This document shows, one piece after another, positions 42,424 to 53,469 of a DNA stretch of 64,000 nt. The stretch comes from Bigelowiella natans CCMP2755 (Eukaryota; Protista; Cercozoa). The notes under the pieces are model-generated. The model was not told the origin of the DNA. It made no database searches and worked only from the letters and a program-made list of their open reading frames with translations. The stretch's first letter is position 1; each line of letters opens with the position of its first letter. Position numbers and translations under genes: made by a program. The stretch lies in contig ADNK01001594.1 of assembly GCA_000320545.1 (NCBI GenBank), positions 62,001 through 126,000 on the forward strand, read 5' to 3'.

Positions 42424-43810
42424 CAACAGGCTGCCGGTGTGGATAGGAAGGAGTTCCTGAAGCGACTCACCAAAATGATCAAGCCCTCGAAGGAAGAAGA
42501 GGTTGAGATGATGATGACTTGTAATAATAAATCTATAACTGTGTTGTGCGTTGTGCGTTGTGCGTTGTGTGATCTGATTTCTCTTCTTTCAATCTCACCG
42601 CATACATATTTATCTCTCCCCCTGACATTTCGCTAGCGAATCGGCATGATATCTGAGCTAACCTCTTCTCCGTGCATCTATCTCTGTGCTACTGCTGCTG
42701 CTGCCGCCGCTTTTTCTTGTGCGTGTATGGTATGCAGGCACGAGAAATTACTAGGCGTTTCTGCCAGCTAGCGATTGACTTAAGGTGGTGGTGTAGTAGT
42801 AGTTGTTGTTGTTGCTGCAGAGTATATGGATGATGGTCACAGCAGCACCTACATGGCAATAGTTGGCAGCTACTTCTCACGCGTACAAATGCGTAGACTG
42901 ACCCACCGTATGTATGAAAAGAGAAACAAAGCTCCGATCAAGAGAGAGGGAGGAGAAGTCGACCTTGGAAATCGAAGAGAAGTCCCGACTGGTCTCCGAG
43001 CTCTCGCAGAATCTCCAGGATGTGACAAAGGACTACGAAGACAGATTGCGGCAGATGGAGGAGCAGATCGTCGGGTCGCAAACGACGATGAGAAGGTATA
43101 AAGAAACCAACACCGCACTCAAGGCCAAGATTCAAGCGCTAGTGGACGTTGACTCGCTTATGATGCCTGCAACGATGACGACGTCGCCGCAACAGCAGCA
43201 AGAGCAGCATCGTATACTACAGAAAGAGAACGAACAGCTGAAAGAGGAGATGAAAGGCCTTAAGAAGTATGTGCGCGACGTGCAAGCATACATCAGTGCC
43301 AAAAAGCAGGCCAAAAAGCAGCAGCAGCAGCAGCATTCTGTTGATAAGGAAGTGGGAGGACAGCGAAGGGCCAACACCTCAGCCGGTTACTAACAAGAGA
43401 ATATAGTAAAATAAAGGAGGACGATGATGATGACGACGATGCTGAATAGATAATATGTATCCTTGTTTCCATTACGACTCCTTAATCTAGCTCATCGACA
43501 TTGTTACCTAAATTTCTTCCTTCGCTTTGTTTGTCGTATCATTTTGCTCATAATTACCTAGGAATTGCCGGATATCAACACAAGGAAGACGTGGCTAGCA
43601 GAGATCCACGACGGCCTAATTCAGCAAGGTATTCATTGTGGTATTGTCGGTCGGTCGCTTACTATGAACAACAGTCACTGGCCTGGATTTCCTTTCATAT
43701 ATGCACTGATTTTGCTGTTTGCGTGTGTTTGTGACCGTGTATTTGTACCCAGGCCTGCTTCCTCCGCAACATCGTTTCAAAGAGCAGATAAAGATTATAT
43801 GTTCTCCTAG
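26753..43810 (+). CDS. Kinesin-4-family (KIF4/KIF21/KIF27-like) N-terminal motor with long coiled coil, dozens of small exons
   Basis: Spliced motor motifs [113 protein letters not shown]. Coiled-coil exons continue to 43385. Two further plausible exons end at TAG 43810 (alternative end 43393 if the intron is retained). Confidence 0.92.
29916..30113 (+). repeat. ~104-bp tandem duplication of intron 3' end plus exon start in the kinesin gene
   Basis: ggtaacgatgataattatat...tactaacaat...aattacagcRgagcacatcagcagg occurs at 29916-30010 and 30020-30113. Confidence 0.85.
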
Positions 43811-44041
43811 AATTGTAAATTATTCCTCTTCAGACTCTTAATCCATGCAACAAATGAATTGTAATTTTGCGAGAATATTTTAATGATTTAAAGTAAAATC
43901 CAAACCCAGAAAGTACGACGCTATCAATCTTTGTAAACGGCAAGTCCTTTCCGTACACCTGCAACAGCAGCAACAGGTCGCAGCTTTATATTTAGATGTG
44001 GGTCCATGCTATATGCAGTGCATTCGATACATACAGTCGAT

Positions 44042-44703
44042 ATATGAGACGGATGTAATGAATTGATTAAATATTTTCAATGGTCATCCTAATGTACCTG
44101 TGCACGGCAGCGGCTACAGTTGATATATGCGTAATTGTACGTTGATCTATGTGGGCAACGTAGGGGCCACTAATTATTATATTGTTGCGGTTGAGCATCT
44201 TGTCAGGCCCATGAGGCAACACAGAATGATGAGGCAATCGATAGCCAAACAATGTAGCGCTGTGTGATAAGTGATAAGCGTACCATGCCAATGAACATGA
44301 CAATGTTGCTCATGACGTATGCATGTACCCGCGCACAGCAGTGTGCAGCTCCGCTGGCTAGTCGTTACGCGATCTAGCGATGTAATAACCGGTACGTAAA
44401 ATAGTGTATGTGTTGCATATCGCATTGTAGTGGTTTGTGTCGTGTGGCGCAGGCAGATGGCTCAATTATCTCATTATGATCGATGGATAGCTAAAATAGC
44501 GTACAATGTCCTCACCAATTATACCATATGTATACGTCGCATACACGTCAAGACGCACATAGGTAAGGCATGTTGACATAAGCGCTGCATCGCAGCCGCG
44601 GCTCTGCATAGCTACATTAGGATTACCATTGAAACGATTCAATCATATTATTGCAATAATAGATATATTGTATTACATGTCAATCATTGAATCCGTCTCA
44701 TAT
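44042..44703. mobile_element. MITE/foldback-like non-autonomous element with long degenerate terminal inverted repeats
   Basis: Outer ATATGAGACGGAT (44042-44054) is the reverse complement of 44691-44703. Inner TTTCAATGGTCATCCTAATGTA matches the reverse complement of ~44613-44634 with one mismatch. No clear TSD. Confidence 0.6.
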
Positions 44704-44797
44704 TAGCACAGGAATGCGGTGCAATGATGCACGCAGTTTGGTTGACTTTGATAATTTTGATTTCACTGCTAAAGACCACCGTGCAGGGCATATAAAC

Positions 44798-45295
44798 TCA
44801 TGACGACGAGGACTGCTCGGATATGAAAGGCCCCCAGTAGCCACCATACGCCTTATTCGCCACTTCACATGCTTTCGGGTCCTTCTTACCCCGCACAGGC
44901 GAGAAAACGCTTGTTTGAAGAGTGTCTACCCTCCCTAAAAGCTCTCGAAAAACGTCGGGATTCTCAGCTGCGATGTTATGTCGTTCGCGCGGATCAGCAT
45001 GAATGTCGAATAAACACCCGTCTTTCGGAGTAATCCCGCAGTGCTTTGCGTGTGCGAGGGGGTAGGTATGGCCGCTGCCACTAGTTCTGTTTGGCCAAGA
45101 AGGGCCAGTCTGCACGTATTGATCTACCATCCTCATCTTGTCCTTGGCACCGACGATTAGCTTGTGCTTTCCTCGGATAATACCTCCTACTAATGCCTTG
45201 CCGTCTCCATTCGGTCCCAGTGCTGCCGTATCACCGATGGCCACCTGCGAAGAGGAAAATTGAAGGTGATTACCAAACATACATTAATACAAATG

Positions 45296-45362
<67 letters not shown>

Positions 45363-45684
45363 TGTACATGTGTACACAGAGCTCTCCCTCGCCGCCTCGT
45401 TTCTTTCCTCCTTCTCCCCCTCCTCCTCCTTGCTGCTCTTTCTTACTGTACTACCTCAGTTCTAATTGAGCTATTTTCTCCCATGATGGTGCCCCATACA
45501 TCGATGGAATCGATAGGAGGCAGTCCAGCAGCCATGGCCTTTACGTCTGTAGGATCTTCATCAGCAAGCCCGGCCAACGTGGCATACCTGTCATCACCAT
45601 CAATCATTCACAGTAGATGCTCAGAGTATATTACTTAAAGAGGCTCCTGAGGGGGGAAGCAGTATAATGGTGGTGATGATTATC

Positions 45685-45718
<34 letters not shown>

Positions 45719-47920
45719 GGATGGTGGCGGTGAAGATGATGCAGAAGAGGGGTGTGTTATACTCGATGAATGATAAATGCAGAAGGTAGGTATATATTTT
45801 GCAACTATAGATGGCATCGAATCTGAACTCCTCAGTATATGTTCAAATGGCTGAAAATGGCGTGGTAGTACATGTCCCAAGCAGCCACGTAGCCTTGCTC
45901 CTTCGCCCCTCGTCTCCCCTCCGGTATAACGCCCCCTGCCATGAAAGCATTCACACGGATTCCCCCCTCCCAGTTGGAAAACTTTCCTCCAGTTAACGGC
46001 CAGTTGTTGCCTCCTGTGTGTGTATGTGGCAGTGTGTCACATATGGCAATATATAGCATATTTTGCGCGAAACATCATACGTATGCATGCACGCTTTTCG
46101 ATGCCAAACTGACCGCAGGTGCCGCCAAGGAGGATCTCCCCCCCATTATCGCTGTGTACGATGAGCAGTGTGTTGTTCCAAAGGCCTTCTTTTTTGAGAG
46201 TGGAAGCCATCATCCCTATCTCCTCGTCAAGATACGCCACCATTGCATGGTAACTTCGCCTTCGGTCATCATCGATCCAGGGAAATCTTTCTAGGTATGC
46301 GTCTGGGACTTGTAACCTACGATAGGGGTGGTGGGGGGGGGGTGGAACAGCAAGGAGAAGGAGGAGGAAAAATTTTATATTAATGTGTTTTATGTGTGTG
46401 TGTGTGTGTGTGGTGCGTGTGAATTTAAATATTTTATGCGTTAGCTGTAGTCGGCTATGCTACTGCGCTGCCATGCCACTCTAGGGGTGAATTAATTACG
46501 GGTAGTGGACGAGATGCAGGCTCCAGAAAAGAAACAGCGAGGAAGAAGAAGAAGAAGAAGAAGAAGAAGAAGAAGAAGAAGAAGAAGAAGAAGAGCTAGT
46601 AGTGGTCGTAGTATCAGCATTGATATCGCTTTTCGGCGCCATGAATCTCTCCTTTCGTGGCCGTTCCGCCTCTCCTCTTCGCTGTTGCCGTGCATGCCTC
46701 CTCACAATATTAATCGCCTCATCCCGAAACACTTGCTCCTCGTACACACAACGTTCCTCTTCGATGTCTTCTCCCTCTCCCCCTCCCTTGGGAGATTGGT
46801 TGTTCTGTGAACAGTGTTTGCCGTTTGCAAGGTCGAATGCAGGCCCGTCGTGGGTTGCATTGTAGCGCCATAGATCGCGCATCGGCTCGGTCCCTAGCTT
46901 GCACTTGCCTTCTTCATGTGTCCAGTAGTCGTTGGAGTGGTGCCAGTATCTGTGAAGAAGAAGAAGAAGAAGAAGAAGAAGAAGAAGAAGAAGAAGAATG
47001 TCAAGGCAGTTATCCTTGCAGAGCAGCAAAAGGACGAAAAAACAACCAGTTTCTGTTCACGGGAAGATGCGATGCAAAGTACCCAAGGAAGGCACCGCTC
47101 ACGCAACAGTTATTCTGTTGTCGAATAGCAAAGATGTTCGGAGCATTTTTTTTCTTTTTTTTTTTTTACCCCAGCCATGAGTCATAACCGCGAGCTTTTG
47201 GGTGATGGTCTTGCGTGGCCATCCCAACATCCCATTTACCAACCATGTGTGTTGAGTAGCCGCCCCTCTTTAGGACTGAGGCGATGCCCGTCATATTTGG
47301 AGGAATACCTATTAGAAGAAGCCAGACCATGGAGTAGTAAAGGCAGCCATATTGGATTATTCGTGCTGACCGATTTCGCATGTGTTGGTGCGTGTGCATG
47401 AGTTTTGTGTATACTACTATTATCATGGATTCACCACCTTGATACCCCGCTACAGTATCCTTAGGATTAGAGCACTCGGGAACAACGTTTTGGACGTTTA
47501 CGTGGATAGGGTGCCTGCCGGTCTGGATCGCACATCGGCTTGGGCTGCAAATCTTGTGCGCGTAGAACCTTCAAAAATAAACACATCATGCAACAGCTTG
47601 GCTGCCCGGCTTTGTGATGTTTCATGTCACCTGTCTAATTCAACGCCTTCCTTCACTAGGCGGTCTATGTTTGGCGTCTGAATTTCAGAGGCATTGATCT
47701 GTGCCCGGTGGTAGCCTACATCTGCCCACCCCCAATCATCCACCAAAATGTAGACGATGTTAGGCTTCAAGGGCTTTGCTGCAGACGCTGTCGGCAATAA
47801 CGAATTTGGAAGCGAGAACGCCAGTGTCGTTAACCATGCCAAGAAAGAGGAGGAGGAGGAGGAGGAGGAGGAGGAGGAGGAGGAGGAGGAGGAGGAGGAG
47901 GCATGCGCCAAGCGCGACAT
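44798..47920 (-). CDS. Arylsulfatase (ARSB/I/J-like, Cys-formylglycine type), 8 exons
   Basis: PNIVYILVDDWGWADVGYH, ICSPSRCAIQTGR, VGKWDVG, HSDNGG, NNWPLTGGKFSNWEGGIRV, LFDIHADPRERHN. Seven GT-AG introns traced. Confidence 0.92.
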
Positions 47921-48181
47921 GATGATTGTTGGGGGGGGCGCCCTGAGTCGATCGGAAGTGTGAGGAGATGAGATGTTGGTCCTACGACAACGAAATCAAC
48001 TGAAATACCGGTAAATCAGGCCCAAAATCACAGTCGCATGATCAAAAATAGCCTGTATTCCATCACTACGACAACAGTACAATAATCACCTCAAAGGACC
48101 ACCACCACGAAAGAAAGATAGGACACCTACGAGGCGAAGGGCCCTACCCTGATTTACATCCGCTAGGACAAATACTCGGAG

Positions 48182-48981
48182 ATGGAAAGGCCGGGAGAGT
48201 TGCGCTATAAGCGCCAAGATACTCCGAAGCATGGTGGTTGTGAATGTTGTGGGAAATCTGTTATACATGTCTGCATTCGCGTGTGGGGACTTAAAGTTTC
48301 TCTTTGATACACGCGATTAGGAGATGGCAGCCATCACATAGGAGGTGGTGGCAGCGGGAGGGGAGATAACTGCTCGTACCAACAAATGGAGTCTCAGCGC
48401 TGTGAGATGGTTTTGCTTAACAAGAAAGTTTTAGAAGCAATCTGACTACAACAAATACACCTCAGGTTGATGGCAAGATGCAATGCACCAAGACCAGGAC
48501 TGAGCTCCGAAAGTGTCCAGGCCGTAGAACGGAGAAAAAAGAAGGAGGAAGGTGGGTAGAGACGGATGAAAGCGAATTTGGCATCGGAGGATTAGGAGGT
48601 GCACTTGACTTGAACTTCGATTCCTTCTTTGGGCAAATTCGAGATCATCTTTCTGGAATGAGGAGAAACAACCCATCTGTTTTCGATGACCAATTTCCAA
48701 TAAGGCCAAGACCTTCCGAGAGGAGAGAACAAGACTACAGTGAATTTTTCCCACCTACAGGCCGATTCCCATCCTTCAGTCATTCCTTTAAATCAGGGAA
48801 TGGAACAGGGAGAGACAACAACAATGATAACCATAGACACATTGATCCTGAACAAATCTTTGATTTCATGAAGCATTCAGCTTCAAGATCTAGTTCGCAG
48901 AAGGATAAAATGGTGCGACGGCAACAGCCGAAAAACTTCAGGGGATCTTCATTTCATAACGACGTTATAGACGAGGTGTAG
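48182..48981 (+). CDS. Small 3-exon protein with C-x9-C-x8-C-x10-C-PG motif, weakly resembling plant Mal d 1/Fra a 1-associated proteins
   Basis: Spliced MERPGELRYKRQDTPKHG-GGGSGRGDNCSYQQMESQRCEM-VDGKMQCTKTRTELRKCPGRRTE, followed by an F/G/P-rich tail. The family call is from recalled pattern only. Confidence 0.5.
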
Positions 48982-49236
48982 AGATGATACGATAGACCAA
49001 ATTCATGTATACTTTTCGTTCACTAGGAATGACAATATGAGTAGGATGTTTTGAGCTTAACATAAGGCAAGCCTTCATGTTAAAGTCATCACACATGAAG
49101 ACTGCTGTAATTTTTTGCCTGCGCCTGCCGGGTGCAAGTAGAGCCGACAGATACAGCAGCGATGTCAAGTAGTGCATGTGCGTAACATGTACGCATGCAT
49201 GGTAATGCTCTGACTGGTCACTGCTGGGCCCAGAGT

Positions 49237-49505
49237 CCTAAAGGCCTCTGGCTGATTACGTTGGAAAAAGTGCATTTGCATTCATCAATGATTAGATTAC
49301 ATGTGTTGTGCAAAAGCATGCACATAAACACATGCATTCATGTGCATTGCAGACAATGCTGTCAGCTAGAGTACATGTTAGCACACGTGTATAAATTTGC
49401 TTGGTGTACGTGTAGATACGAAAAGTGCACATGTGTTTGTTTGATACACACGAACAACATGAGCACATGTGTTTTGCACGCGTACATCAACCAGAGGCCT
49501 TTAGG
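49237..49505. mobile_element. Putative small MITE with 15-bp perfect inverted ends
   Basis: CCTAAAGGCCTCTGG (49237-49251) and CCAGAGGCCTTTAGG (49491-49505), extending imperfectly to ~24 bp. No TSD seen. Confidence 0.45.
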
Positions 49506-49832
49506 TACATAGGCCTCTGGCAGGCGCAAGCATGCATGCTAGATGCTTTGATGGCCTCACATACTTTAGCTAGTTATTATCCGCATTGCATCCGGCCCAA
49601 AATGCTGAAAACGAATGAAGATATCTAATAGAGCTGCACTTTGGCACATATTAGGATTACAATCGAAAAATTAACACATTCATTACATCCGTCATACACA
49701 TTGTCACACATTGCTACAGTACAAATGACTCAAATGAGTAGTTATCTCAAGATTTTCTGCACTCGATATCTCGAGGAAAATAAAACCACACCTAGCAAGT
49801 GGTTTACAGTTGCGACGCCCGATCCTGGCCTT

Positions 49833-51032
49833 CTACAATTTGTGGTATGCAAATGCTTTTGGGAAAAGCTCGCGGTCAACGGCGACAGCTATATCAAACC
49901 TTTCCTGCTTTTTGTTGAACTTGCTTCCCCAACGTCCATTCACGTTGTAAGGAACCGCTGGCGAAAAACTGCAAATGGATGGCTCCAATGCTACAATAGC
50001 CGCCAATGGATCGTGCAGTTTTTTACCCGATGGTTTCCGTTTGAGATAAACATCCATTGCCCTCCATATCCAGGAAAGGGAGGCAGATCCTTTGACTTTC
50101 TCCGCCAAAAAATCATGCAATTTCTTGTCGTATACTACTCCGTGGCACACATTTTTAGCTACCATCCGTATCCTCGGGAGAGCATTCTCAGCGTGTTTAC
50201 TGAACAGAAATTCCGCGTCGGCACGCGCACCACCGAGATTATATGTGGCAACTACCTCCTTTCCCGCAAATTTGTTCAGTCGATGCTCGGGTGGCACAAT
50301 GCTGTCGCCAGCAAATCCACCTTGACACACCCATAAGGGGATGTGAATACGCTTATTGTTTTCCTTTTCATTCATCATAATCCCCCCTCGTATGGCCCGT
50401 GCAATTCCCTTCGGCGGAGATCCTGTTATTACTACGTCTGGTCCTAGTGCATAGAGCTCCTCGGGCGTCATGTCAGGTTTTCTTTCGATGCGCTTTAGTC
50501 CAATGCCACCTTTATTTCTATCCTTGGTGTGCCAGGGTGAAACACATCCGTTTCCAGATTTTGTCTTGTGATCAGGATTTACGGAAGCGATGGGAGGGAG
50601 TTTACGCTTCGTTCCATGCTTACCTCCCTTTTCCAGCCCCCACACCTGTTCTAGAACTTGTGCAGCAACTGAAATTTGCAAGGGAGTTCCAGGCACCATG
50701 CAGACTCCGATGAGCTCCACTCGCGGATGGCCTGCAAGCCAAGCGAGGGTCAGCATATCGTCAGGGTCTCCAGTTTCGAGCTCTGCAATTACTCGTACTT
50801 TGCAACTTGTTTCTGTCTCCTTTTCATTTCCATTAGAAACCATTTTAGTCTCAGTATCGAAGTCCCCTAGAAATGTCCCAGCGGCGCATGACGTACTCGA
50901 TGATGGAGCACCTATTTTTTTCTCCTTTTGCTGTGACTTCTTCTTTGATGTCGGTAGACCCTCTCCTCTTCTCAACCTTATCGATTTTCCCTGTTCCTTC
51001 AATCGTGCGTCCCGCATTTCCCTCCAGGCCAT
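49833..51032 (-). CDS. Inosine-uridine nucleoside hydrolase-family protein, intronless
   Basis: ETGDPDD Ca-binding motif, VCQGGFAG, TYNLGG, KNVCH and KKLHDPLAA. Confidence 0.85.
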   Translation of the reverse strand: MAWREMRDARLKEQGKSIRLRRGEGLPTSKKKSQQKEKKIGAPSSSTSCAAGTFLGDFDTETKMVSNGNEKETETSCKVRVIAELETGDPDDMLTLAWLAGHPRVELIGVCMVPGTPLQISVAAQVLEQVWGLEKGGKHGTKRKLPPIASVNPDHKTKSGNGCVSPWHTKDRNKGGIGLKRIERKPDMTPEELYALGPDVVITGSPPKGIARAIRGGIMMNEKENNKRIHIPLWVCQGGFAGDSIVPPEHRLNKFAGKEVVATYNLGGARADAEFLFSKHAENALPRIRMVAKNVCHGVVYDKKLHDFLAEKVKGSASLSWIWRAMDVYLKRKPSGKKLHDPLAAIVALEPSICSFSPAVPYNVNGRWGSKFNKKQERFDIAVAVDRELFPKAFAYHKL

Positions 51033-51104
51033 CCTGTTAGCTGTGTGTTGTTTTTCAAGCTGTGCTATTTCCTAGGATTTGTCTGGATTGTGAGGAGTGC
51101 CAGA

Positions 51105-53469
51105 ATGATTAAGGTAGACAAATACAGGATTTGGAATTATCTCTAAGTCGCACAGGAAAGATGCCCTACAACCGAACATCGAAGGAATCGTTCAGGATAT
51201 TTCTACGACTTCGAAAGGTAGTCCTCTCATTGAGTTGAAATGTTCCTGGAACTTTCTTTGCCAATAGTTTCGATGCCCTTGTCGCATGTGCAAATTGGCC
51301 TATGTTTGTGTTATCGTCGCTCGTCTCATGGAAAAACTATACTGTTGGTTTCGAGAGCAGCCGAGGGAATGATGTCCATGAAAGGGAATGTTACAGCCAT
51401 TTGGTAGGGCCGCACATTGGAGACTTAATGACCCTTACGAACGTACATGGTCTGGGTCTAATCGAGTATTGCCCCAAGGAAGTCATTCAAACGCAAAAAC
51501 TTCGGACATTCACGATGAGAAGAAGGTATCTGGTGATTTCTTACAATTCCGCTTACCACTGCTTTGTGTTCTGTCAAATCCTAAATTCTTTCAGTTTCAC
51601 CGCATTCATCTCTGATGCGCAAAATATCATCCCCCCTCAGAAGGATAAAGGAAGATTCTCCTCGAAGGTAGTTCGTGTTTTGCTGTTGCATGGATGGGCT
51701 GGAAACGCTGGCGTTATAGAGGTACACGAAAATTAAACACTATAGTGGTGTGGCACCTCCACCTTTCATCTCCAGACAATGCAACTGACACGTGTTTATG
51801 AACTTTTTTTAAATTACTTATCAGCGTATGACTCGACGGCTTTGTCGTCGCCTCAAAGATTTGGTGGATTTTGTGATACCTTCTGCACCGATATCACTAC
51901 CGCCTCTCGAGTCTCCCCCCCCTCCTCCTCGTCGAGGACGTCCAAACGCGCGAGCATGGTTGATCCTCACTCAATTTGTCACATACGATTCTGTCTCATG
52001 ACTAGTTTAGTCATACGGCTCTTTTGCCCATATTTAAGTAACAAATTCGTTAACATACCACTGTAAACAGGTTTGTGTACAATATGGATAATCCATCGGA
52101 CACAAATGGATTTTTGCAGACGTCAACAGGTATGAAAAAGTGTGGAGCACAGAAGATTGAAATATCGATTGGAAACTGTAGAATTTCATGACGAAACAGT
52201 GACAATTTTAATCTGCGACGTGTTGGACGCGTTAGCGCGTCGCATGACCAATATCATTTCACAAAGATACTTTTGTTTTGGTATTTAGTAGCAATACGCA
52301 ATGAGATAAATTTAATGGGCATAAGAAAGTGTTTATTTATCGCAATTTTCCCCCTCCCTCTCTTCAAATCTTAATGCTCTCGAAATATATGATTTTATGA
52401 TGATATTTCACAGTCAAATATTACAAATGGGAAGAATCTGTGCGACATCTACACAAAATATGGTATTTTATCTTCGTCTTGAGTAACACAGCAGCATGTA
52501 TACTCTTAATTTCACCTTTGCCATTTAAGGATTTCGATGCAACTTACATTTTGTAATAATCTATTAATTAAATAAAAGCAAGGACGAAGGTCCATTTGAT
52601 GGAATCATGGGCTTCTCACAAGGTACTTTGGACCCCCCCAACCTCCTACTCTTTCACTATTTTCTCAAGGGTCACATCTTTCAGGAGCTGCGGCCGTTCA
52701 TCTCCTCCTTCAAGGCCATTTCGAAAGGTGCGCCGACTTGATGAATAAGAGACGTAGCAATGATGTGGTCTTTTGCTCAGGATATTTACGAAATTTCGCT
52801 TTCGATTCGTGGTTCTCGCTGCGGGGTTTGCAGGCAGCGGTTGTGGAAACGGTTGGTCACACAAGGTATTGATGCGGTCATGATTGATGACAAAGTGAAA
52901 ACAATTGGTTTCGTAGTCATGTTCAATCAAATTTAACAAGTATATGTGCTGGTGATGACTTTTTTATACATCATTCAGATTGAGATTCCATCTTTACACT
53001 TCTCAGGAGATGCAGATACGACGGTTCAATTTTTTTATCATTTCTGTCCTCCTAGTTTATTATGCATATGGGTGATATTGTGCATGTGAATCATTGATGC
53101 AAGTAAAGAGCAATTTATCATATTCTGATACGCCAATCTTTTAGGTTCCTCCATGCCACCAAAGTCACCTATTTTCATGTAATATTGTAGCTTTAGCTTA
53201 GAAATAGAGAGCTGATTTATAACACTTTTCACAGGCTTTTCGGAAAAGAACAGAGTTTTGTCCAGACACCTCGGAGGACATATATGTGAGCAAACACTAA
53301 TATTTTTGCCTCGTTAAATTGTACTAATTTTCCTTCTTCTATTTTTTTCTTACTGTTGCCTGCAGTACCTCAGAAATCAAAAGATGTAGCTACAATTCGT
53401 GCTTTCATCGAAAAATATTCCAATGCTTCAGAGCATGCTTTAGAATCATGTCGTCACAAATTAAAATGA
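51105..53469 (+). CDS. FSH1/OVCA2-family serine hydrolase with extra N-terminal region, multi-exon (start tentative)
   Basis: VRVLLLHGWAGN, GPFDGIMGFSQGAAA (nucleophile elbow), IPSLHFSGDADTTV and HLGGHI-VP. Stop TGA at 53467-53469. Confidence 0.85.

Larger units (their letters stand above)
18200..47900. repeat. Microsatellite-saturated domain: (GA)n, (CA)n, (TA)n, (CAT)n, (TAG)n, (TTC)n, (GGA)n, (CTG)n, poly-C/G
   Basis: Nearly every intron of nicastrin, kinesin and the first arylsulfatase contains one or more SSRs. Confidence 0.95.

Noticed and set aside
20400-43400. Numerous ORF-track entries of poly-S/L/H/T/CV/RE
   Set aside because: They are translations of intronic microsatellites or antisense to real exons.
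49641-50336. 231-aa plus-strand ORF
   Set aside because: Antisense shadow of the nucleoside hydrolase, with no recognisable motifs.
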